Assembly: GCF_018977255.1 (NCBI RefSeq)
Contig: NW_024704743.1
Coordinates: forward strand, 74,650,001-74,714,000
Length of the DNA: 64,000 nt
Origin: Callorhinchus milii
Lineage: Eukaryota
Direction: 5' to 3'
A program made the translations under genes and the position numbers. The first letter of the stretch is position 1. Every line of letters begins with the position of its first letter. The notes under the pieces were generated by a model. The model was given only the letters and a program-made list of their open reading frames with translations. It did not search any database and was not told the origin of the DNA. Positions 38,741-52,100 of this stretch are shown here, piece after piece.

Positions 38741-40195
38741 TCAGTGAAGGTTGAACTTGTAACATTGTACCTTTGGAAGCGATAGGTTTATTAACTATAA
38801 TTTAGAGGCTTGTGAAAGGTTACTCATTTGTGCAATTATTATTCAGACATTTTCTATGAACTCAAATTGTATGAATTCATATCAATTTGTATTAATTCCA
38901 TTCATTTTTATATGTAAAGGAGCTATTCTATAATGTAGATAACATTCTGAGGTAAAGTGTCATTTGAAAAAAATGTGTTTGTACAAAAGTGGTTACCAAT
39001 AAAAGTGATTATCTTCAAATTGATTGTGTGCCGGATTCTAACATTATGTGCATTGCCGTTGGTTGCTGAGCTTGTTAGGTCCCTTGCCCTCCCCGGCACT
39101 GCTGACAGTAAACCACATATGCTGGCTTGTTGGCAGAATTCATTCAAATGGTTGGGGCCAAAGCTACTTGTGCTGACCATTGAGTCAGTCTTTGGTGACA
39201 CTGAAGCTGCTGCTCTGTGCATTGTGTCATTTCTGTGTTAGTTTGGCTGGACTATTCCTCGCTGGTCTCCCCAGCTCCCCAATCATTGAACAGATCGATT
39301 TCAAGATCCTCTCACTTGTTTTCAAATAATTCCATTCTCTCTCACCTCCCTACCTATCCGACCTGCTTAGCCCCCAATCCACCACCTGCTGCCTCCGCTC
39401 GGCTGGTTCCAGTCTCCAGTTTGTCCCTCGTCACCTCTGCTCCGCCATTGGTGGCTGTGCCTTCAGCAAATATGTCCTGAAACTCTGGAACTCTCTCCCT
39501 CAATCCCTCCGCCTTGCCCCTTCCCTCCCCATTTTCAAATCCCGACTAAAGACTCCGCCACTGTGAAGTTCTCCGGGATGCTACCCCACGTGAAGGGTGG
39601 TATATAAATCCAAGTTGTTGTTGTAATTTGTGGATCAGTGGATTAGCTCAACTTCCAAGTGTTATGTGTTTCCATCCCACAGACCGTTTAGATCACCAGA
39701 GGCATTTAACCCACTCTTTTATGAACACAACTGTCCTTGGCAGCACTTTCATATCTTCCAAGTCTCACACTATAATAGAATTAACCCGACAACACAATTA
39801 CAATTTACATTTATTCAGCACCTCTCACATCAGAAGGATGTGTCAAAGTGTTTAACACGTTGACTTGGCAAGCGACGTGAGGGTGGGAACCAAGAGCTGG
39901 TGGGGTCGGGGAGAGGGAAAGGTGACCGAACACCCTATAAGTTATAGGTTTTAGATGGAGCTTAATGCAGTGAGGGAGGGAGTGAGTCAGAGGGACCTTG
40001 GGATAGCAATATAATAATAATAATAATCTTTGCATTTGAATTGATGTCTTTTGGGGCGAAACGTGGCAGCCAATTGCGCATAGCAGCATCCCACAAACAG
40101 TTGTGGATTGAATGAGTAAATTATAATTTTAAAAACATTTTTTTTGAAGGGATTATTATCCCCAAAAAAGCCATCTGCCAATCGACTGACAACTG

Positions 40196-40652
40196 TGGAG
40201 TTCTGCAGCTCAGTGGTTAGAGCACTCGCTTTAGAAGCGAGACACCTGAGTTCAGTTTCAGGCAGGGCGAAACCTTGGGCAAGTTTCCTTACTCCACACG
40301 CCTAATAATAATCCATCTAAATCAAAACAATAATAAATTGGTTATTTTCAATCCACGACTGTTTGTGGTACACTGCTGTGCGCAATTGGCTGCCGCGTTT
40401 CGCCCACAAATATACAGTCAATTCACTTTACAGTCTATTCTGTGAAGCGCTTTGAGATGTCTGGAAGACGTGAAAAGCGCTATATCAACTGCAAGGATTA
40501 TTATTATTATTAACTGGGTTCCTACTTACTGCTAGGTAAACAGAGGCGTGTGGAGTAAGGAAACTTGCCCACCATTTCACCCTGCTGGGAATCGTACCCA
40601 GATCCTCTCGCTTGCCAGGTGAGTGCTCTAACCACTGAGCTACAGGACTCCA
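40196..40652. mobile_element. SINE cluster: + strand full-length copy (40196-40511) nested in a - strand long-subfamily copy (~40010-40195 and 40512-40652)
   Basis: The minus-strand copy is interrupted at AACTG and resumes at AACTGGGTTCCTACTTAC after the plus-strand copy. Confidence 0.78.
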
Positions 40653-41869
40653 CACGAATGGAGTCCGGGATGGAGTCCCAGAGAATGGGGAATGAGTGGC
40701 TGACAGCCCACCCTCCGATGATGGGTCTGCAATGGGAGGCCACATGAAGCAGGTCAGTGCATATTGAGCATCTCTAAGCACTTCACAAGATTCACTGTAA
40801 AGTATGACCATAAGACCATAAGACGCAGGAGCAGGAGTAGGCCATTCGGCCCCTCGAGCCTGCCCCGCCATTTAATAAGATCATGGCTGATCTTCTAAAC
40901 TAATTCCATTTACCCGCTCTATCCCCATATCCCTTAATCCCGCTATCCTTTAGAAATCTATCAACTTCAGTCTTGAATATGTGTGGTGACTGTTTATTGA
41001 ATGCAGCAGTTAGCACAGCACATTAGGATTCTGCTGAACTTACATTAACATCTTTGCTTCCATCTGTCCTTATTGAATGAATCGAATCAAAGGGAACGTA
41101 ACGTTGCCCCTCTGTAGCACATTCAGAATCAATAAAATGGAGGCATGAGAGGGGGTGAGGCAGAGGGATTGTGGGATAGAGTTCCACAGTGTGGGGGCAA
41201 AGATCCTGAATGCCCAACCGGCAATGGGGGGGTGGGAAATGCGGGGGACCTGAAGCAGGCCAGTGTCCATCGAGCAGAGGGAGCAGACACGCTGATATGA
41301 GGTTATGAGCTCAGAGAGATAGCGGGGAGCAAGACCGTGGAGGGCTTTCAAAGTAAGAACAAGGGTGTGGTACTCAATTCTCTGAGGAATGAGGGCCAGT
41401 GAAGCTGGGCCAGAACGGGGGGTGACAGGTTCCCGGAGCCTGGTGCGGGAGAGGACACGAGCTGCAGAGTTCGGAATAATCTGCCGTTTGTGGAAGGAGG
41501 AGTTGGGAAGTCCAGTGAGCAGGCAGTTGGTGTAGTCAAGCCAGGACGTAATGAAAGCATCGACTATTAGACTATTTTGTAATGAAAGTGTGGACTATTA
41601 CATCAAGACTATTGGAATACTCTGCTCGCCGGACTCCCCCAGTTCCTCTCTGCAAAGCTGCAGACCATCCACAACTTTGCAGCCCAAATCCAACCTGCAC
41701 CAGACTCACTCCCAAATTCGTGGAGCCCCTGTTCCCTAGGCCAGGATGGTCCAACTGGTAGCCCGTGACCACAATCCGTGTTCCGAAGCCCAGGCTGGTT
41801 CTGACCTGGTAGGAAAAACAGCAGCACCAGGCAGCACAACCTGTCAATCACTTTCAAACCTGTAACAGG

Positions 41870-42860
41870 AGCGAGATACACACAGAGAGAAAGGGAGAGA
41901 GAGGGAAACACAGAGAGAGAGAGAGCGTTACAGACACTCAGACAGAGACATACAGAGAGACACACAGACAGAAAGAGAGACACACAGACAGACATAGAAA
42001 GAAAGAGAGATACAGAGACACAGAGAAAGATAAAGAGATGTACAGAGACACACCGAGATATAGTTGCAAGAGACAGACAGACATACAGACAGACAACAGA
42101 CAGTCAGATAGATAGAGATACAGAGATAAAGAGATACTGAGGCACATACAGACAGAGAGAGAAACACAGACAGAGAGAGAGAAAGATACAGAGACACCCA
42201 CAGACAGAGAGATAGATACAGGCACAGTGAGAGAGAGAGACACACCGACATAGAGAGAGAGAGGTACAGAGACAGAGATAGAGATACCGAGACACTCACA
42301 GACAGAGAGAGATACAAATACACACAGTGACAGACAGAGAGAGAGAGAGATGTACAGAGACGCAGAGAGAGGGATACAGAGACACACATCGACAGAGAGA
42401 GAGATACTGAGACACTCAGACAGAGAGAGATGTACAGGTAGAGAGATACAGAGACACAGACACACAAAGAGAGAGATACTGAGACACATACAGACAGAGA
42501 GCGAGAGAGAGAGAGGTACAGAGAAACACACACACGCAGATACAGACACACACAGACAGACAGAGAGCTGTATACAAGGACAGAGATAGAGAGAAAGGTA
42601 CAGAGATACACATACAGAGAGATAGATACCGAGACACACAGACAGAGAGAGACACACACACACATACATAGAGAGAGAGACAGAGGGCACTACAGAGACA
42701 CACAGATAGAGAGACAGAGATACAGGGACACAGATAGAGAGATACAGAGACACGGAGAGAGAGCGATACAGAGACACAAAGACAGAGAGAGAGAGATACA
42801 GAGACACAGACACACTCAGATAGACAAATACGGACATACACACACACACACACAGAAAGA
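41870..42860. repeat. Degenerate (GA/CA)n compound microsatellite, ~1 kb
   Basis: Almost entirely AGAG/ACAC/AGAT units. Confidence 0.95.
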
Positions 42861-43157
42861 CACATATCTCAAACCACTTTGAGACACCCTCCCGACCATG
42901 AAAGGCATTTTATAAATTTAAAACTGTTGTTTCTGGAGATAAAGATTACTGCGAGATGGATAATTTACTCCTATTTTCTGGAAATCAGGTGCATCTCTTA
43001 AACCAACCAACTAATGAAAAGTGAGAGTCTAATTTTTTACAATAAACTGTTGTTAACAAAAGTATACGTTTTACCTTTTTTATCTCTCACTGATTACTTC
43101 TCTCGTGAAATAAGGCAACTTATTTGTTTTTTTCTATGGTTCCTCTTTGATTGAGGT

Positions 43158-43167
43158 GGAATTTCCC
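43158..43167 (-). promoter_or_regulatory. Canonical NF-kB motif GGGAAATTCC (also at 58481-58490)
   Basis: Exact 10-mer retained in both duplication copies; no functional evidence. Confidence 0.35.
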
Positions 43168-44380
43168 CACAAGTTCTCAAGGCTAAGGCCATGAGAAATC
43201 TTGGGCCAATGCAGGGTGGGGTGGAGAGGGGTTGCGGGGAATACATGCCCTGACATAGCCACAAAACACATCCAATATCACCAAGAGCATTGAAGCAACT
43301 ATAGGAACAGTTCAATGACACTAATTCGATGGCTAGACTCAAATGTTTCACACAACTAGCGCAGAGTCAAGGGGAAGAGCTGTGATCTATGCAGAAAACC
43401 CTTACAGCAGCAGAACAGATGGTGGGAAATAGTTTTTACATTTTGAAGCAACAAATGGTCCAGACATTGACGACTCTGACTCTGGGAAGCTTATTACATT
43501 GCGTACATACCCATTAGTAGACGTGTGTTATCGAGGTTAGCTTGGTGTCAGTGCTATTTTCGCTTTAGCCAGTGTTTCTATTAAATTGTGAAATGTTCTT
43601 TTTCTCTTCAATCCAGGTTTCGTAAACATGATCACAGTGGAGATTGTTGAATTGGATCAGTTTGTGATGAGGATCGGGGTATGAGAAATACAAATTTATT
43701 GTACTTCAGAAAATGGGATGTATCAACAGAATGTACCAATCTTTTGGGGGCTTGTGCATTCCTCTCTTCCTTTGAATAGATTTGGGGGTGAGATTATTTC
43801 TGATTTGTTAATTTACAGAGTATCCCTGGGACCAAATTCTGGAAGTTTTCAAATGCACATTGAATGTATTTGTAAAATCCACATGAATGGGACCCACGGA
43901 TGCTACACCCGGGTAATTCAGTGTAGTGCTGGCGGCATGTTGCACTGCTGCAGGTGCTATCCTTCAGAAGTGACATCAAACCAAAGTCCCGTCTGCTTTT
44001 CAAGTTGGATATTAAAGATCCCATGGCACTATTCAAAAAGAGAAGTCTCTCTTGTTGTTGCGGTCAACAATTCCCTAAATAAAAATAGTCATTCATTGCA
44101 TTCCTTTCTCAAAATAGTGTCATGGGATCTTTTAACATCAACCTAACAGGCAGATGATATCTCGGTTTAACATCTCATCCAAAAGACCCAAATCCAATAA
44201 TGCAGCATCTCCCCAGCACTACACTGAGTGTCAGCCAGGATCACAACAACCCCAACAGAGGCTTGAACCTGTAATATTCTGACTCAGAGACCAGAGTGCT
44301 ATCCACTGAGCTATTATTATTGTCATCTGATATCTGACACCTCAGATATCAGATGACAATAATAATAATCCTTGCATTCG

Positions 44381-44709
44381 ATAATAATAATCCTTGCATT
44401 TGATATAGCGCTTTTCACGTCGGGAGGACGTCCCAAAGCGCTTCACAGAATATACTGTAAAGTGAGTTGACTCTATATTTGTGGGCGAACGCGGCAGCCA
44501 ATTGCGCACAGCAATGTCCCACAAACAGTCATAGATTGAAAATGACCAATTTTTTTAATTATTGTTTTTTTTTTTTTTTTGGTTTTGGAGGGATTATTAT
44601 TAGGCGTGTGGAGTAAGGAAACTTGCCCAAGGTTTCGCCCTGCCTGGAATTGAACTCAGGTCTCTGGCTTGCAAAGCGAGTGCTCTAACCACTGAGCTAC
44701 AGGACTCCA
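44381..44709 (-). mobile_element. Young SINE inserted into an older SINE tail; absent from duplication copy 2
   Basis: Empty site at ~58915-58930 (TCCTTGCATTTGATATAGTGCC). Confidence 0.86.
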
Positions 44710-45171
44710 TATAGTGCCTTATCACATTCTTGAGACGTCGCAAAGTGCTTCACAGAATATACTGTAATGTAAATTAACTGTGTATTTTGTGGGAGAAATG
44801 CAACAGTCAATTGCACACAGCAGTGTTCCAAAATATTACATGACCAAAATATTACGTTTTTTGAATGATTATTACCCCCGGAAAAGCGATTAACCAATTA
44901 ACTAAGAACAGGTTCCTACTTACTAATAGGTAAACAGAGGTGTGTGGAGTAAGGAAACTTGCCTAAGATTTCGCTGTTCTGGATATAAACCTTCATGGTA
45001 TCAGGAGCTAAATTTGTTTTCAGTGAATCAGGAAACAATATTTTGCTGTAGGAACTGTGCCATAGTACTGTCAAATTTCATGTGTGTCAGCCTGGTACAG
45101 TTGGTAACACTCCTCTCTGAGTCAGCAGGTTGTGGGTGCAAGCCCCACATCAGGAATTGAACTCATAGTCT

Positions 45172-45501
45172 CAATAATAATAATAATAATAATCCTTGCA
45201 TTTGATATAACGCTTTTCACATCTTCTGGACGTCTCAAAGCGCTTCACAGAATATACTGTAAAGTGAATTGACTGTATATTTTTTGTGGGCGAAACGCAG
45301 CAGCCAATTGCGCACAGCAGTGTTCCACAAACAGTCGTGGATTGAAAATGACCAATTTATTATTGTTTTGCTTTGGAGAGATTATTATTAGGTGTGTGGA
45401 ATAAGGAAACTTGCCCAAGGTTTCACCCTGCCGGGAATCGAACCCAGGTGTCTCGCTTGCAAGGCGAGTGCTCTAACCACTGAGCTACAGGACTCAACTG
45501 G
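45172..45501 (-). mobile_element. SINE flanked by AGTCT; absent from duplication copy 2
   Basis: AGTCT at 45167-45171 and 45502-45506; empty site CATAGTCTTGTG at ~59405-59416. Confidence 0.86.
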
Positions 45502-45912
45502 AGTCTTGTGTGACACTCCAATTCAGGTTCAGGGTGGAGGTGCCTGCTACAGATGAGACATTAAACTGAGGCCCTGTCTGCCAAATGTTAAACATCCAAT
45601 GGCACTTTCCGTAAAGAGAAGGGACTTTCTCCCAGTGTCCTGGCCAACAAAGCCCCTGATAAAATTGGTAATTCACTTCATGACTGTTTGTGGGACTTTG
45701 TGTGTGCAAATTGGCCATAGTGATTGCCAATAACACACACACAGTTACTCCACTTTACAGTATGCCTGTGAAGCACTTTGGGACGTCCTCTGAAAGTGAA
45801 AGGTGCTGTATCAAATGTAAGGATTATTATTATTATATCAAATGGAAGTATCAAGTAAGGACTATTATTATGAATCCATTGGATCCAGACTGGGTCTCAG
45901 ATTAAAGTTCAA

Positions 45913-46875
45913 ATAACAACAACAAGATTACATTTGTATAACGCCTTTCACGTCAGGAGGATGTCCCAAGGCTCTAATAATAATCCTTGCATTTGATATA
46001 GCGCTTTTCACGTCGGGAGGACGTCCCAAAGCGCTTCACAGAACACACTGTAAAGTGAATTGACTGTATATTTGTGGGCGAAAACAGCAGCCAATTGCGC
46101 ACAGCAATGTCCCACAAAGAGTCGTAAATTGAAAATGACCAATTTATTATTGATTTGGTTTTGGAGGGATTATTATTAGGCTCTGTGTGGAGTAAGGAAA
46201 CTTGCCCAAGGTTTCGCCCTGCCTGGAATTGAACTCAGGTTTCTCGCTTGTAAAGTGAGTGCTCTCACCACTGAGCTACAGGACTCCACTAGACAGTATA
46301 CAGCTTTTCAGACCCGAGCTGGGGTTGGGGGGAGAAGGGAGGGGACGGGAAGAGGGTTGGCCGATGGCATGGTCGAAGAGGAGGGTTTTCAGGCGGGACT
46401 TGAAGGAGGCTAAGGAGGGGGTGAGGCGGAGTGATTGGGGGATGGAATTCTAGGTTGGGGGCAGAGTGGCTGAAGGCTCTCCTGCCATTGGTGGTGTGGG
46501 TGGGTCTGGAAACATGGAGCAGGCCAGAGCCGGCTGAGTGGAGGGAGCGGGCTGGTTGTTAGGGGGTTAGGAGGTCACAGAGGTAGGGTGGGGCGAGGCG
46601 TTGGAGGGCTTTGTAGGTCAGGACCAGGATCTTGAACTGGAGCCTCTAAAGGACAGAGAGCCAATGGAGTCGGGCGAGAGTGCGGGAGATGGGGTCACGG
46701 AGTTTGGTGCGGGAGAGGACACGGGCTGCAGAGTTCCGGATTATCTGCAGCCTGTGGAGGGAGGAGTTGGGAAGGCCGACAAGCAGGGCGTTTGCATAGT
46801 CGAGCCTGTAGGTGATGAAGGCATGAACAAGAGTTTCAGCGGCCTGAGGGGTGAGGTAGTGGCGGGGTCGGGCGT
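45913..46875 (-). mobile_element. L2 3' fragment with a nested SINE (45975-46288)
   Basis: L2 tail at 45913-45972 resumes at ~46292 and matches 16147-16795. Confidence 0.85.
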
Positions 46876-47024
46876 TTTATTAAAATATTAATGAAACCAT
46901 AATTCTTCATTGTAGCATCTTCTCACATCATCAAATCATTTCAAAGGGCTTCATGGCATTTTTTCTGTGAAATGTATTGACTGTATTTGTAAGTGAAATT
47001 ATAATCGAAATTGCCAGTGTAGAA

Positions 47025-47815
47025 AACAGTCATTAAAGCAAATGGGATGCTGGCATTCGTGACAAGAGGTCTGGAACATAAAATAAGAAGGTGCTTCTCC
47101 AGTTATATGGAGTGCTGGTCAGACCTCATGTGGAGAACAAAACTATGCTCAGTCTTTGGCTCCCAATCTTAGGAAGGACATTTCAACATCAGAGAGGATT
47201 CAGCGATAGTTTGCTAGACTAATAGCCAGGCTGAAGGGGTTTAACTATGATGATGTTACACCAATCTACCCAATGAGAGGTGCGGTAGATTGATGTAATA
47301 GCCCTTATGTTGTGTGACACCACTCAACTAAAATGGACAAGAGATTCCACTCCAAACTTGACAAGGTTTCAGCTCTATTCTCCATTGTCACTAGATCACA
47401 TGATTCACCTCTAACAACTATCCACTGTTTTACGTTTAACTTTATACAACACCTGAAGCAAGGGATGTTGAGAGTGATTTGACTGAGGTTTTTGAAATAA
47501 TAAAAGTAATTGACAGATTAGTTTGTGTACGACTCTTGCTTTCGGTAGACGTATCCACCACAAAATCAGAACAAAACTGGTTAACTTTGGGGTGAAAAGC
47601 TTTTCTTCACACAGAGGGTTGTGAAGGTGTAGCGTTCTCTACCCTAGAAAGGTGTAGAGGCAGAATCAGGAGGGTTATGTAGAAGAGAGATAGACAGATA
47701 CTGGAATAATAATAATAAAAATATTGGTGGTTGGGAGTAAAAGATCTGTCCAGATCTAATAAACTGGTGGAGAACAGGCTTGATGGGATAAATGGCCTAT
47801 TCCTTTTTGCCTATG
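47025..47815 (+). mobile_element. Old CR1 3' fragment, degenerate
   Basis: AAAGCAAATGGGATGCTGGCATTC..., GGTCAGACCTCAT, CACACAGAGGGTTGTG, AAATGGCCTATTCCT. Confidence 0.6.
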
Positions 47816-48141
47816 TTCCTTTGAGTAAAATGCTTGAAAGATCAGACAAAAAAACAGGTGAAATAATGGTAGTAAAACAGCTATCACAGGCCTCGGAGAA
47901 TCAGAATTGTTTCACAATTTTTCCAGGATTTCTTTATTTGATTTCATACACAATCCCACAATTTAATTCCTAATTGCTAGAAGTAGCCTTTGCTTCACAG
48001 GTGAAGTATTTTCAACCTCAGGACGATGAGATTATGTTATGAATATAAAAACTCCTTAATTTCGTACAGACTTAAAAGTTTGTTCCTTTTGTCATGTACT
48101 TCCCATGTCTGATGTGATTCCATTTCTTCTTGTCCTTTTTG

Positions 48142-48466
48142 TGGAGTCCTGTAGCTCAGTGGTTAGAGCACTCGCTTTGCAAGTGAGAGACCTGAGTTCA
48201 ATTCCAGGCAGAGGGCGAAACCTTGGGCAAGTTTCCTTACTCCACACGCCTAATAATAATCCCTCCAAAACCAAAAACAATAATAAATTGGTCATTTTCA
48301 ATCTACGACTGTTTGTGGGACATTGCTGTGCGCAATTGGCTGCCGCGTTCGCCCACAAATATACAGTCAATTCACTTTACAGTATATTCTGTGAAGCGCT
48401 TTGGGACGTCCTCCCGACGTGAAAAGCGCTATATCAAATGCAAGAATTATTATTATTATTATTATT
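48142..48466 (+). mobile_element. Full-length young SINE ~270 bp upstream of the pseudogene; absent from duplication copy 2
   Basis: Family match; no SINE at the paralogous site ~60210-60230. Confidence 0.88.
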
Positions 48467-48733
48467 CTAAACTGTGGATTGAAAACAAATCAAAAATGAC
48501 CTATCGAGAGATGAAAAGCCTTGATATTTCAATATTCTTCGACCTTTGCAAATTCCAGTACCACAAGAAGGAACAAGGCTTGTGAAGCCTCCGTATGTAC
48601 ATTACGCAAATAATAACTTATTTCTTGAACCAGGAAATGGATTTTCCATTATTATTTTGGAGAACAAATTTCTGCTTTCCATTCTCAACTGCTAATGCGT
48701 GTTGTGCAAGGGTTACTTCTGCAGAGCGCAGGG

Positions 48734-49124
48734 ATGACGACTGCACTGCCTACTGAGGATTATTATAACTATGACAATTACAATCACAGTTACTCCGACC
48801 ACGACTTTGTTTTTTCTGTAAAAATTACGATAGCAACGTGTTTGGAGCCACATTGACGGTGACTTTGTACAGCTTGATCTTCATTTTAAGTGTGGTTGGA
48901 AACAGTTTGAACTGTTTATTTCAATTTATTTCCACTGCTGTCTGAACCCCATGTTTTACGCTTTTGTGAGTACAAATTTCAGAATACATCTAAACAAACT
49001 ATCAAGTAATCTGTTTCCTTGCATGAGGACTCGAAACCTGTGGATTTACAAAGTCAGGAATCTCAACAGGAGTAGTTCGCATGAGTACTCTGAAGCTTTT
49101 GTGATGAACACAAGCATCTTGTAG
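48734..49124 (+). pseudogene. XCR1-like pseudogene, paralog of copy B, with a 1-bp frameshift near 48800-48806 and a ~710-bp internal deletion at 48909/48926
   Basis: ATGACGACTGCACTGCCT... aligns to 60533-60715, then jumps to TTATTTCCACTGCTGT (61426 onward) and runs to the stop codon; end of TM1 to mid TM7 is missing. Confidence 0.93.
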
Positions 49125-52100
49125 TTATTAGATAAACCAGAGTGTAGTCACAATCTCAGTGGAACCAAAATTATAACTTTAACCATAAAGACTATTATAT
49201 CTTAATACAGTCAAACCTTTCAAGTAACCACCTCCATTCGACAACCACCTCCTGTTAACAACCAGTCCTGACAGCTGTTCCCTCACCAATGAACCCTTAC
49301 TCAGAGGCACTTTGGCCCAATCCCCTGAGTGATTGCTGAGACAGGTTTGACTATATAGAGGACGCATCGAAAAGTCTTATGGAAAGTTTTTCAACACAGT
49401 GTCAACTTGGAAGCCGCTTCCTTTAAAGAATAGCGTAAAACTGGCTTTGAAAATTAGATTGCAATAAGGGATTTTCCACAATTTAGTGTGATCCTGAAAC
49501 GTATGTTGATCTTGCATGTTAAGATGTAATGATCTTCAAGGTGTAAGCTGGTAGGAATTTTGTGCCACTGCAAAGTATTTTTTGTTGCAACTGACTGGGA
49601 AGGGTTCCTGAACTTGTGGAGATCTTATTGTAAAAAGTATTCCTATGGGAATGGTTAGCTAGCTTATTTTGCACTATCGGGCTCAGAATCTTCTTGCGGA
49701 GGATTCAAAAAGAAATAGAACTGGATAGCAGAAGCGAGTGTTAACCGCAAGTCTTCGGATGTCTGGCGTCAGATTATTTCATTTGTAAGACTATGGTTTT
49801 GAAATTTAAGATTGTGGGGAATTTTGCAAAGCAGTCTCAATTCCAATCTTGATTTGTTTTCTGCAAATATTTTTGAAGCTTACAGCCAAGTAGAATTTGG
49901 GGTTTCTGATTTTCAAAAAGGCATAATGATAACAAGGCTCCTTCTTTAAAGTAAGACACTTTTATGTATAAGTAAGACAGATTATGTACCTCTTTGCCTC
50001 ATAAGCAAAGCACTCCAAGACACTACCCCAGTGAAGGGTGCTATTATAAATGGAAGTTGTTGTTGTTGTTGTCAAGTGCACCTTTCTCAATATGTGCAAC
50101 CATTCCTTGATGTAAATGGACATTTCTTTCTGTATTAAAAAATCTGCAGTACTGCAGAAAGTCAAGGTTAAGCTTGCAAATAACAATGGATGTGTGATGA
50201 ACCATGATACAGTTAACCAGTGTCACAAGATTTCAGTGTAGCCAGCAATATTGCAATAAACTGTTATAGTTCACAATCTTGCGTTTGATTTGTTTCATGG
50301 ATATAACAACAGTTTAACATTTATATAGAATCTTTCACATAAAATAAATATCTTGAAGCGTTTTACGGAAGTAATTCATATGATGTGCAGTCGGAAATGC
50401 GGCAGCTTATCAATGTCAGCAACCGTCTTACATACAACCATGAGGTGAATATCCTATTGATTCAAAGTTCCAGGGTGAATGTGGATGAGGAAGGAATATA
50501 ATAATAATCCTTGCATTTGATCTAGCCTATCATCAAAATGTCTCAAAGCATTTTACAGGATTTGCTGTAAAAATACTGTGCATTTTGGTAGGCAAACACA
50601 GAGCCAATTTGTGCACAGCAATGTCACACAATTTATCTGGGGACTGTTGGCCAGGACACCGGGAGAAATACCCTTTCTTCTCAAATAGTGCCATGGGATC
50701 TTTAACATCCACCTGAACAGGCAGTTGAGGACTTGGATTAACTTCTTATCCAAAGGACAGCACCTCTGACAATGCAGCAAACCTCCAGCACTGTATTGGA
50801 GTACCAGCCTAGCCTGTGAGTTCAAAGTCCCAACATGGGACTTGGGTCCACAACCTTCTGACTTAGAAGTGAGAGTGCTAACAACTGAGTCAGGCTGACG
50901 TCTATAAACCCAAATAACCTATAATTGCAGATTCATCACAATGATATATGCTTACAGAAGATCGATACAATTTGTTTAGATGAAATCCATCTGATCTCAT
51001 TCTTCATCCTTCCAAGCTACCCTACTGCCTTCCAATCACTACATCAAGTTGTTTCTTATATGAGTCCAATGTCCTGAACTCAGACAACCTGCTTATTACT
51101 CTTTATTGCTCTTATTATTACTCTTTGCGTAAAGAAATATTTCCTGTGTCTGTCTTGAAATGCTGCTTTCCAACGTTAAATTTATGTCCCTTTGTTTTAC
51201 AGAGAACATCGAAATAGTCATTTTATTTATGTAAAATAAAATTTAATACTGGGAATCATCCTTGTTACTCTCCTCTGCACTGCCTCCAGGGCCTGGCAGT
51301 CCCCTTATAGTCAGAGCCTTGGGATGTCCTTCCCCCGTGATGTCAATTTGTTGCTGCTATAATAATAATAATAACAATAATCCTTGCATTTCATATAGAG
51401 ACTTATCACATCTTATTATCATTATATGTTATTATATATTATTATCTTCAAGACATCTCAAAGCGATTGGCAGAATGTGTTGTACAGGGAATTGACTAAA
51501 ATTTGTGTGTGAAACATAATGTCACTGCGATCAGAATCTTATACAGTGCTCCAGGTGTTGCCTGTTCAGAGCGCCGTATAGCCTGGGAGATGGGGGGATG
51601 GTGGGGGTGGGGGCGGTGGGCGGGGTGGGGGGGTGTGAGTGTGGGGTGAGGTCGGGGTGGGGAGTCTGCATTGATAAAGATCACATGAACCACAAATATA
51701 GTCTGATAGTGACATAGTTGCAGTTCTTGCAGGAGTGGCCATTTTTCCATCTAGTTGATACAAGCAACTTCCCAAAAGTAAATTCAAGCTCATCTCGTTG
51801 CCAGCCTGATGGAATATTCCAAACATTTCTCACTCCTAAACCAAAAGCACTCCTGACATTTGTTCTGGACGCATTTTTGACTAATATCTGCTCAACCTAT
51901 TTCTGGTCATCTAGTGGCCATGTGGTGTTTTACATCCTCTTGTGCAGGGAAATCCCTTACAAATCAGTGGCGCTTGATTCAAACTGAATAGTTTGAAGAT
52001 TGAATCAAAAAAGAATGGCACCTGATTAGAATTTCTGTTAACCACCTCTCAGCGGACTTGTGTCCATAAGGGTAGGATACCAGTACCTAGCATGGGAAAG

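Larger units (their letters stand above)
42690..51296 (+). repeat. Segmental duplication, copy 1 (contains the XCR1-like pseudogene)
   Basis: Colinear with 57966-64000; roughly 90% identical upstream of the gene with several large indels, roughly 99% identical downstream of the stop codon (estimates by eye). Confidence 0.93.

Noticed and set aside
41555..41830. Possible fragment of a second LTR or other element
   Set aside because: No paired copy, PBS, PPT or recognisable termini in the window; cannot be supported.
41609..42865. Long S/L/V/C-rich ORFs of up to 303 aa
   Set aside because: Stop-free translation of the GA/CA microsatellite; no protein features.
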